From Actinomycetota bacterium (lineage in GTDB: Bacteria; Actinomycetota; Acidimicrobiia; IMCC26256; JACDBD01), in contig JBQTGU010000050.1 in NCBI GenBank assembly GCA_052390575.1, positions 262 through 64,261 of the forward strand: 64,000 nt of DNA. Reading direction: 5' to 3'. Shown one piece after another: positions 36,250 through 43,519 of the stretch. The notes under the pieces were generated by a model. The model had not been told where the DNA came from, did no database searches, and saw only the letters and a list, made by a program, of their open reading frames with translations. Made by a program: the position numbers and the translations under genes. Within the stretch, counting starts at the first letter, position 1, and each line of letters begins with the position of its first letter.

Positions 36250-37248
36250 CTACGGGGGACCGAGTCCCGGCGCGTTGCCGAGGTGCACCGACGCGACCGT
36301 GCCGGCACGGGGCCGGCCGACACCTTCGTCCCCGGCGGCGAAGGATGCGTACGCCGCCTTGGTCCCGCCGTCATAGGAGTAGAAGAAGCTCAATCCGCCG
36401 ACACCGGTGCGCCCGGAGCCTTCGGCGAGCCACGGGCCACCCGGGTTCGAGCTGCACGGGCCGAGCGGCGTTCCACAGCGCGCCAGGCCGGTCGAGTAGG
36501 ACGGCGTCCACCAGTCACCGGCGGAGTAGGCGAGCAGATAGGTGTTGGTGGTCCAGTCGTAGGTCATCGACGGGTTCTCGATGAAGCGTCCTTCCCAGGC
36601 GTGGCTCTTGCCCAGCACCGGGGATGGCGGACCAGCCGGGTTCGAGTTGGCGTCGAGCGGCATCACGTAGATCGGGGTCTCGGTGTCGGCGAAGGCCATG
36701 TGCAGGTACCACTGGCCGTCGGGGCCCAGGAACAGCCCGGGGTCGAGCGCGCCGCGGTGGCCGTCGAGCCCGCAGCTGAACGGCGCGGCTTCGGGAACGT
36801 AGGGGCCGTCAGGAGCCGAGGAGAACGCTCGCCCGATGCATTGGCGATTCGGTGAGCCGTAGGGAGCCGAGAAGAACATGACGAACCCTGATGCGAACAG
36901 CCCGGCGGTGGGGGCCCAGAACGTGTCGTCGAACGCCCACGCCGGGCGCTGCGGCATCCCCTCCTTGGTGATCCCGATCCACGGAAAGAAGGAGTAGGTC
37001 TGACCGAGTGAGCTCACCGGTGTTATGGGAGCGCGGGCGGAGCCGTTCGACCCGAAGACGTAGTACAGGCCGCCGTGCGGCATCACGAACGGGTCGGCGA
37101 CCAGCGGCCACTGCGGCGGGGCAGCCGCGTGCCGGTTGATGAGGCCGAGCTTGGGCGCCACGCTCCTGCAGGCGGAGAAGAGCAGCGCGCCGACGCACAG
37201 CAGGACGACTGCTACGAAGCGAGTGCGCCGGGACGCCTTGCCGTTCAC
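36250..37248 (-). CDS. Secreted or lipoprotein beta-propeller protein, glycoside hydrolase family 43-like
   Basis: N-terminal TM/signal with LLFSAC. ADPFVMPHGGLYYVFGS, RFIENPS and LAYSAGDW resemble GH43 blades. The start is the GTG at Val148 of the track ORF. Confidence 0.55.
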   Translation of the reverse strand: MNGKASRRTRFVAVVLLCVGALLFSACRSVAPKLGLINRHAAAPPQWPLVADPFVMPHGGLYYVFGSNGSARAPITPVSSLGQTYSFFPWIGITKEGMPQRPAWAFDDTFWAPTAGLFASGFVMFFSAPYGSPNRQCIGRAFSSAPDGPYVPEAAPFSCGLDGHRGALDPGLFLGPDGQWYLHMAFADTETPIYVMPLDANSNPAGPPSPVLGKSHAWEGRFIENPSMTYDWTTNTYLLAYSAGDWWTPSYSTGLARCGTPLGPCSSNPGGPWLAEGSGRTGVGGLSFFYSYDGGTKAAYASFAAGDEGVGRPRAGTVASVHLGNAPGLGPP

Positions 37249-37253
37249 CGTCG

Positions 37254-38171
37254 CTACCGGTCGGCGGGCCACGGGGTGAGCGGCAGTCCCGGCGTCGGGA
37301 GGCCCTCCCACGCGACGACGCGGCCGGGCACGGCGTCGGTCGCGAACAATGTGCGGTTGTCGGCGCCGCCGAAGCAACAGTTGGTGGTGACCCCGTCGCC
37401 CTCGATGGTGAGGAAGTCGACCTCCTTGCCGTCGGGCGAGAGCACCCGGACGCCGTGGTCGACGGTGGCGGCGACGTAGAAGTTGCCGTCGGCGTCGAGG
37501 CAGAAGCCGTCGCCGCCGCCCGCGCCCAGCTTCTCGACGACCCATTCCTTCTCGCCGTTCGGGAGCAGCCGCTGGAGCCCGCGGCCTTCCACCACCACGA
37601 GGTTGCGGTCGCGGTCGAGCGTGATCCCGTTGCAGTAGGCGAACTGCCCCGCGATCACCTTCACGTTGCCGTCGGTCTCGTACGCCCACACCCGGCCGAG
37701 GGGCTGCTCCGGCGGCGGGTAGGGGGGCGGGTCGGTGAAGTACACGGTCCCATCCGGCGCGACCACGAGGTCGTTCGGAGCCTGGAACCCCACGTCGGCG
37801 AGGTACGAGACCGACGAGTGGTGCTCGCGCTGGGGCTCATCGGTCTTGGTATCGGCGGCTGGTTCCACGAGCTGGAGGCCCGGGGTCACCGGCCGGTAGC
37901 GAGAGTCGGTGAAGACGCCCATCTTGGCGAAGTCGGTGCCGCCGTTCTGGGTGACCACGAAGGTGCCGCCGGTGCCGAGGGCGGCGCCGTTGGGACCGCC
38001 GGCGGTGTCGGCGAGCTCCTCGAAGCGCTGCTCCTCCGGGAAGACGCGGAAGAGCTTGCCGTCGCAGACGCTCGTGACGACCAGCGTCCCGACGCCGACC
38101 GACGACTCGGGTGGGCACCACACCGGCCCCTCGCCGAACCGGATGCCACCGACCACCACTTCGGCCTGCAT
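37254..38171 (-). CDS. SMP-30/gluconolactonase/LRE family protein
   Basis: GEGPVW, NDLVVAPDGTVYFTD, YCNGI and DGFCLDADGNFYVA propeller motifs. The start is the internal ATG (MQAEVVVGG). Confidence 0.8.
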   Translation of the reverse strand: MQAEVVVGGIRFGEGPVWCPPESSVGVGTLVVTSVCDGKLFRVFPEEQRFEELADTAGGPNGAALGTGGTFVVTQNGGTDFAKMGVFTDSRYRPVTPGLQLVEPAADTKTDEPQREHHSSVSYLADVGFQAPNDLVVAPDGTVYFTDPPPYPPPEQPLGRVWAYETDGNVKVIAGQFAYCNGITLDRDRNLVVVEGRGLQRLLPNGEKEWVVEKLGAGGGDGFCLDADGNFYVAATVDHGVRVLSPDGKEVDFLTIEGDGVTTNCCFGGADNRTLFATDAVPGRVVAWEGLPTPGLPLTPWPADR

Positions 38172-38216
38172 GGCGGAAGTCTCGCGTACGCTCCCGCACG
38201 AAAGGAGGTGTCGCGT

Positions 38217-38756
38217 ATGGCACGCATCCTGGTGCTCGACCCGACCGCAGCGCCGCCCGAGGTCGACCCCGATCCCGGTCCCGACGCCGGCAATCTCGCC
38301 GGTCACACCGTAGGCATCCGCTACGACACCGCGTGGAAGTCGTTCGACTGGGTGATCGACGAGTGGATCCCTCGGCTGCGCGACGCGGGCGCCGACGTGC
38401 GCCGATGGTGCGCGGGCAACCGGATCGGCGACGAAGGCGAGCGCACCCGGGCCGAGCTCGAGTCGTTCGCCACCGACGTCGACATCGCCGTCGTCGGGCT
38501 GGGCAACTGAGGCTCCTGCACCTCCTGGAGCGTCCACGACACGGTCGCGGCCGCGAGCAGGGGGAAGGCGGCGGTCGTCGTCGTGACAGCGGAGTTCGAG
38601 CAGCTGGCCCACACCGTGGCCGCCAACGCCGGGCGGGCGGGCTTGCGCGTCCTCGCGCTGCCGTACCCGCTCGAGTCGCGCCCCGAGGCCGAGGTGCGGG
38701 AGATCGCGCGCCAGCACTGGTCTCGCCTGCTCGACGCCTTGGGCGCCGAGGCCTGA
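38217..38756 (+). CDS. Candidate selenoprotein with an in-frame TGA (codon 98, 38508-38510) in a U-G-S-C motif; 179 aa if the TGA is read through
   Basis: A strong AAGGAGG SD sequence lies 8 nt upstream of the ATG. The track ORF stops at ...VVGLGN-TGA. The same frame stays open for 81 more codons with high GC3 (GSCTSWSVHDTVAAASRGKAAVVVVTAEFEQL...ALGAEA) until the TGA at 38754. The downstream part has no start codon or RBS of its own. The next gene starts 5 nt later. Confidence 0.6.
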
Positions 38757-38760
38757 TCTC

Positions 38761-39858
38761 GTGACCGAGACCGCGCACACCCACGCCGACCGGGAGGAGT
38801 GCGGGCCCGAGGGCTGTCAGATCGACTGGCTCGCCAGCGAGCGCATCGAGGTCGACGACGACCCGGTGGCGTTCACGAAGCTGGCCACCGACGCCGGTTG
38901 GGGCGACGGTCTGCCCCTCGTCCCGCCGACCGAGGTCCGCGTGCGGGACCACGTCGCCGCGTCGGGGCGCTTTCCCGAGGAGTGCCTGGCCGAGTTGCCG
39001 CCCCGCAACGGGCGGGCGACGGTCGAGAAGGTCGCCATCAACGCGGTCATGACGGGCGCGAACGCCGAGGCCATGCCGCTGCTGTGCGCGGCGGTCGAGG
39101 CGATGGCCGACCCGGTGTTCAACCTGTTCGCGCTCAACACCACGACGTCGTGCGTCGTGCCCGGGCTGTTCGTGAACGGCCCCGCCCGCCACGAGCTGGA
39201 GATCCCCTACGAAGCCGGCTGCTTCGGCGGCGACACCGGGCCCGGTCCTGCGATCGGGCGCGCCACCCGGCTGGTCATGCGCAATGTCGCCGGTCAACGC
39301 GTCGGCGTGAGCTCGAAGAGCGTGTTCGGCCAGCCCGGCCGAATTACCGGCATCGTGGTGGGAGAGTGGGAGGAGCGCTCACCGTGGGCACCGTTGGCGG
39401 AGCGTCGGGGCGTCGCCGGCAACGCCGTCACCGTTCACGGCTGCACCGGCACCATCGACGTGGCCGACATCGTCGCCGACAACGGCGTCGACCTGCTCGA
39501 GGTGATCGGCAAATCGCTGGCGTTCCCCGGCACCAACGCGTTCATCGGCTCGCACCACGGCGCCGAGATCCTCGTCGCCCTCGCGCCGCCGTGGGCCGAG
39601 CTCATCGCGGCGCCGTACCCGGCGATCGAAGACGTCCAGGAACGGCTGTGGGCGCACGCCGCCCTCCCGGTCGCGTGGTGGCCCGAGCCCCACCGGCGCA
39701 AGGCGGAGGAGAACGGCCGCGTCGACGGCGACGGGATGGTGCACCTGGTCGAGGGCCCCGACCACATGGTCGTGATGGTCTGCGGCGGGCTGGGCAACCT
39801 CCATGCCCTCGCCCTGCACAGCTTCGGCCCTACCCGCGCGGTGACCCGGCCCTTCTAG
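38761..39858 (+). CDS. Conserved-looking hypothetical protein, translationally coupled to the candidate selenoprotein
   Basis: 365 aa with clean GC3 bias; GWGDGLPLVPPT and AINAVMTGA motifs. I cannot assign a family. Confidence 0.65.
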   Translation: MTETAHTHADREECGPEGCQIDWLASERIEVDDDPVAFTKLATDAGWGDGLPLVPPTEVRVRDHVAASGRFPEECLAELPPRNGRATVEKVAINAVMTGANAEAMPLLCAAVEAMADPVFNLFALNTTTSCVVPGLFVNGPARHELEIPYEAGCFGGDTGPGPAIGRATRLVMRNVAGQRVGVSSKSVFGQPGRITGIVVGEWEERSPWAPLAERRGVAGNAVTVHGCTGTIDVADIVADNGVDLLEVIGKSLAFPGTNAFIGSHHGAEILVALAPPWAELIAAPYPAIEDVQERLWAHAALPVAWWPEPHRRKAEENGRVDGDGMVHLVEGPDHMVVMVCGGLGNLHALALHSFGPTRAVTRPF

Positions 39859-39859
39859 C

Positions 39860-40924
39860 GTGAGCGACCCCGGCGTAGTCGTCGTCGGTACCGGGTTCGG
39901 CGCGCGCGTCCACGTGCCCGCGTTGCGCGCCGCCGGGCTCACGGTGAATGCGCTCGTCGGCCGCGACGCCGAGCGCACCCACCGTCGGGCTGAGCGCCTG
40001 GGGGTGCCGACGGCGTTCACCTCGCTCGACGAGGCGCTTGCGCACCCGGGCGTCGCGGCGGTCACGATCGCGACCCCGCCGAACAGTCATTGCGAGCTCG
40101 CGGTGACCGCCGTCGGTGCGGGCAAGCACGTCATCTGCGAGAAGCCGTTCGCGCTCGACGCCGACGAGGCGGAAGCGATGTTGCGCGCGGCCGATGCCGC
40201 CGGCGTGACTCACCTTGTAGGTCACGAGTTCCGATGGGCGACCGACCGGGCGGTCGCCGGCCGCGCCATCGCCGAGGGTGCCATCGGCGAGCCCCGCCTG
40301 GCCTCGTTCGTCCAGTGGCTGCCGTTGGTCGCCGATCCCGAGACGAAGATGCCGGCGTGGTGGTTCGACCGCGGCGCCGGCGGCGGATGGCTCGGGGCGT
40401 CCGGCTCCCACGTCGTCGACCAGGTCCGCGCCTGGCTGGGCGAGATTGCCACCGTCAACGCCGCGCTCCCACTCGCATCCGACCGACCCGCCGGCGCGGC
40501 CGAGGACTCGTTCGTCGTGCGGCTCGGCCTGGCCTCGGGTGCCGAGGCCGTGCTCCAGCAGACCGCAGGAGCATGGGGACCGTCGGTGGGCGTGACCCGT
40601 GTCGCCGGGACGCGCGGGACGGTGTGGCTCGAGGACGGCGCCGCCTGGGTCGCCGACGCGTCCGGGACGCGACCGCTGCCGGTGCCGGCGGATCTCCAGC
40701 TGCCCCCGCCTCCCGTGATCAGCGACGATGCCCGTCACCGGTTCACCCACCTCGAGCTCGGCCCGTACACGCGGCTGTGCGAGGCGCTGCGCGCCGGCGT
40801 CGCCCGTCGCCCGCTGCCTACCGCCGTGCCCCTGCCGACGTTCGTCGACGGCGTCGGGTGCATGCGCGTGCTCGACGCCATTCGGGCGTCGGCGGCAGGC
40901 GGCGGCGAGACGGTGCGGCCCTGA
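39860..40924 (+). CDS. Gfo/Idh/MocA family oxidoreductase
   Basis: N-terminal Rossmann motif VVVVGTGFGARVHVPAL and the EKP motif (ICEKPFAL). Confidence 0.85.
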   Translation: MSDPGVVVVGTGFGARVHVPALRAAGLTVNALVGRDAERTHRRAERLGVPTAFTSLDEALAHPGVAAVTIATPPNSHCELAVTAVGAGKHVICEKPFALDADEAEAMLRAADAAGVTHLVGHEFRWATDRAVAGRAIAEGAIGEPRLASFVQWLPLVADPETKMPAWWFDRGAGGGWLGASGSHVVDQVRAWLGEIATVNAALPLASDRPAGAAEDSFVVRLGLASGAEAVLQQTAGAWGPSVGVTRVAGTRGTVWLEDGAAWVADASGTRPLPVPADLQLPPPPVISDDARHRFTHLELGPYTRLCEALRAGVARRPLPTAVPLPTFVDGVGCMRVLDAIRASAAGGGETVRP

Positions 40925-40925
40925 C

Positions 40926-41531
40926 CTACCAGGCCGAGCCGTAGCGGTCGCGGTGGGCGTGCTCGGCCACGGGCTCACGGCGGGGCGGCCCCAGCGGTCG
41001 CGCCGGCCATCCGAGTGGAACGACCGCGACCGGCTCGACGTGCTCGGGAAGCCCGACGACCGCGCGCAGATCGGCGGCGAGCGCGGCCGTCAGCGTCGTG
41101 AGGGCCGAGCCCAGCCCGACGGCGTTGGCGGCCAGGAGCAGGTTCTGTAATGCCGGGAACGTCGACGACGCCACCGTCGCCGGGTGGCAGCGCGTCGTGT
41201 CGGCGCCCACGACGACCACGACTGGCGCGGCGCTGACGCCACCGGTTGCGCCCTGCTCGACGTCGGCGAACAGCTTCGGGGCGAGGCGCCCCTCCGAGTG
41301 GGCCCGCCCGCCTTCTTCCCACAGCCGGCGGGTGAGGGCGCCGATGCGCTCGCGCGTGCCGGCATCGCGCACGACCACGAACACCCACGGCTGGCTGTTC
41401 TCGGCACTGGGCGCGAACGTCGCCGCCTCCAGCACCCGCTCGACGAGGTCGTCGTCGACGGGCTCGTCGCGGAACGACCGGCACGCCCGCTGGGCCCGCA
41501 CGACCTCGAAGAACGAGGGCTCGTCGGTCAC
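40926..41531 (-). CDS. Nitroreductase family protein
   Basis: RACRSFRDEPV and APSAENSQPWVFVVV motifs. The GTG start overlaps the upstream stop codon (GTGA). Confidence 0.85.
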   Translation of the reverse strand: MTDEPSFFEVVRAQRACRSFRDEPVDDDLVERVLEAATFAPSAENSQPWVFVVVRDAGTRERIGALTRRLWEEGGRAHSEGRLAPKLFADVEQGATGGVSAAPVVVVVGADTTRCHPATVASSTFPALQNLLLAANAVGLGSALTTLTAALAADLRAVVGLPEHVEPVAVVPLGWPARPLGPPRREPVAEHAHRDRYGSAW

Positions 41532-42172
41532 GCCGGTCGTTCGCCCAGCCGGCGGAAGCTGTTGACGTACATGATTCGCAGCTCGGGTGTGTTGGCCCAT
41601 CCGTCCCACCCGGGCGTGCCCGGTTCGCCCAGGAGCGTCATGACCAGTGGCGGCATGGCCTGGAACGCGGCCTCGGGGTCCTCGGTGTCCATCTCGTAGA
41701 AGTGCATGAAGCGGGGGTCGCCGCCGCTGACGTTCTCGTAGGGCGTGATCATCGAGAACCCGGGCACGCCCACTTCGGCGATGTGGCGGATGTGCACGAA
41801 GTCGGCCCAGTCGCGGAGGGCCTGCGCCTGATTCGCCTCCCGCGGGCTGATGAGCACGAGCGACAGTCCGATGGTCGGCTTGCCGGTGAGCCGACCCTGG
41901 GCCGGACGCGGGTAGCGACGGAAGTGGTGGCCGGTCACCTCGCCCGGGGTATCGGGCGTAGTGAAGTCGTCGCCGACCTCGTACACACCGAGCCGCCCAA
42001 ACTCGGGCAGCTTGCGGGGCAGGTCGTCGCGGTCGCGGTACACGTTCTCCCACCATGTGGCCCGTTCGACGCCGGGCAGCACCAGCACTTCCGGCACCCG
42101 TTCGGCGACGTAGTCGTCGACCGCGCGATCGGTCATCTCCAGGTACAACCCAGGTGTCAGCCGGTCCTCCAC
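41528..42172 (-). CDS. Hypothetical protein
   Basis: 214 aa with good GC3 bias, sitting between the repeat element and the nitroreductase gene. The start is taken as the GTG 9 nt after GAGG; Met39 (42136) is an alternative. Confidence 0.6.
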   Translation of the reverse strand: MEDRLTPGLYLEMTDRAVDDYVAERVPEVLVLPGVERATWWENVYRDRDDLPRKLPEFGRLGVYEVGDDFTTPDTPGEVTGHHFRRYPRPAQGRLTGKPTIGLSLVLISPREANQAQALRDWADFVHIRHIAEVGVPGFSMITPYENVSGGDPRFMHFYEMDTEDPEAAFQAMPPLVMTLLGEPGTPGWDGWANTPELRIMYVNSFRRLGERPA

Positions 42173-42270
42173 CTCTACTGCCTCGCTCGCTGCGGCGCAG
42201 GGTGCCTGCGCCGCGGTCGCTCGCTCCGACGCCAAGTTCGAGCAAGACACATTGATCGTGCCGCTTGCAT
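42173..42270 (-). repeat. Intercistronic conserved element, copy A (~98 nt)
   Basis: Read on the minus strand: ATGCAAGCGGCACGATCAATGTGTCTTGCTCGAACTTGGCGTCGGAGCGAGCGACCGCGG, then the hairpin GGCGCAGG-CAC-CCTGCGCC, then GCAGCGAGCGAGGCAGTAGAG, then the GTG start. The flanks match copy B at 50/60 and 21/24 positions. Confidence 0.75.
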
Positions 42271-42281
42271 GCGCGCGGAGC

Positions 42282-43136
42282 CTACGGCTCGATGCCCAGC
42301 AGGGCGCAGGGGTTGGTGCACGCCATCGTGCGCAGCTCCTTTTCTGAGAGCCCCTCGCCGGCGAGCGTGTCGACGTACGACTGGAAGCCTTCGGCCGGCG
42401 GGACGTTCGCCTTCTGGCCGAAGTCGGTGGCGAGCGTGCAGCGCCCGACCCCGATCGTGCGCGCCGCCGCCGCCATCACCTCCGGCGGCCGGGTGGCCAG
42501 CGCGCCCAGGCACGTCAGGGCACAGAGCTCGATCGTGGCCCCGAGGTCGGCCAGCTCCACGCACTGGTCGACCGAGAGGTTCGGGCCCGCCAGCTCCTCG
42601 AGTGCGTGGGTCACGAGCGTTCGGCCGCGCTTACCGAACTCTTGTGTGACCGCGAGGTGCTCCTCCCACGTGACGTGGCCGGTGGCGAGTATCGCGCCGA
42701 ACTCCTCGACCAGATCGAGGACCTCGCGGGTCTCCGGAAGCAGCGCACCGGCGTCGTCGGTCACCGAGAGGCCGGGGCCGGGGATGCCGAGCTGGGCGCC
42801 GACCCCGTTGAGCTGGTCCTGCCGGCTCGTGAGCGTCGGCAACCACACGATCTTGGCGCCGAGGCGCAGCGCGGTCTCCACCGCGGCGGGGTTGACGCCC
42901 CCCACTTCCCGGTCGCAACAGATGCCACCGAACACACGGACGCCATGGACGACCCGGTCGACGATCGCGGCCAGCGCAGGAGTGGGGTAGTCGTGCGACT
43001 TGAGCACGACGGCTGCATGGCCGGCCTCGGCCGCGTCGCGCGCCGCTTCGAGCGCGTCGACCGAGCGCTCGCGGTGGGCGTCGGGGCCGAAGTGGCAGTG
43101 CAGGTCGGCCGCGCCGCGCAGATCGATGGTGCCCAT
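42282..43136 (-). CDS. Metal-dependent hydrolase, amidohydrolase/PHP-like
   Basis: N-terminus MGTIDLRGAADLHCHFGPD (DxHxH metal motif), then ATGHV and a late ATDFGQ motif. The start is Met32 of the track ORF. Confidence 0.65.
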   Translation of the reverse strand: MGTIDLRGAADLHCHFGPDAHRERSVDALEAARDAAEAGHAAVVLKSHDYPTPALAAIVDRVVHGVRVFGGICCDREVGGVNPAAVETALRLGAKIVWLPTLTSRQDQLNGVGAQLGIPGPGLSVTDDAGALLPETREVLDLVEEFGAILATGHVTWEEHLAVTQEFGKRGRTLVTHALEELAGPNLSVDQCVELADLGATIELCALTCLGALATRPPEVMAAAARTIGVGRCTLATDFGQKANVPPAEGFQSYVDTLAGEGLSEKELRTMACTNPCALLGIEP

Positions 43137-43249
43137 CACTATTGCCTCGCTCGCTGCGGGCCGGGCCAGCCAGAAAGGGATTGGCCGGCCCGCGACCGCT
43201 CGCTCGGACGCCAAGTTCGAGGAATGCACATCGGCCGTGCCGGTTGCAT
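43137..43249 (-). repeat. Intercistronic conserved element, copy B (~113 nt)
   Basis: Read on the minus strand: ATGCAACCGGCACGGCCGATGTGCATTCCTCGAACTTGGCGTCCGAGCGAGCGGTCGCGG, then the hairpin GGGCCGGCCA-N13-TGGCCCGGCCC, then GCAGCGAGCGAGGCAATAGTG, then the ATG start. It begins inside the dodecin stop codon. Confidence 0.75.
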
Positions 43250-43464
43250 CAGTCGTCGAGGCGGAAGCCGATTTTCATCCCGACCTGGAAGTGACCGACC
43301 TCACCATCCTTGATCCAGCCCCGGATCTCGGTCACCTCGAACCAGTCGAGGTTGCGCAGCGTCTGGCCGGCGCGCGACACGCCGTTGCGCACCGCATCCT
43401 GGATGCTGGCCTCCGACGTTCCCACGACCTCGGTGACCCGGTATGTGTGCGGAGACTCGGTCAT
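43249..43464 (-). CDS. Dodecin family flavin-binding protein
   Basis: 71 aa. YRVTEVVGTSEASIQDAVRNGVSRA...WFEV pattern typical of dodecins. Confidence 0.85.
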   Translation of the reverse strand: MTESPHTYRVTEVVGTSEASIQDAVRNGVSRAGQTLRNLDWFEVTEIRGWIKDGEVGHFQVGMKIGFRLDD

Positions 43465-43484
43465 CGATCCTCCTCGCTCGGGTT

Positions 43485-43519
43485 CGTCACGCTAATGCGC
43501 GACCACCGATAACGTGACG
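43485..43519. promoter_or_regulatory. Perfect 7-bp inverted repeat with a 21-nt spacer in the dodecin / acyl-CoA synthetase divergent region
   Basis: CGTCACG (43485-43491) and CGTGACG (43513-43519). It lies between the divergent start codons at 43464 and 43514/43523. Confidence 0.35.

Noticed and set aside
37837-39297. 486-aa minus-strand ORF and 217-aa plus-strand ORF (38111..38764) covering the TGA-containing gene.
   Set aside because: Both are Arg-rich shadows. The frame I accepted has a strong SD sequence, high GC3 on both sides of the TGA, and ends just before the next gene.
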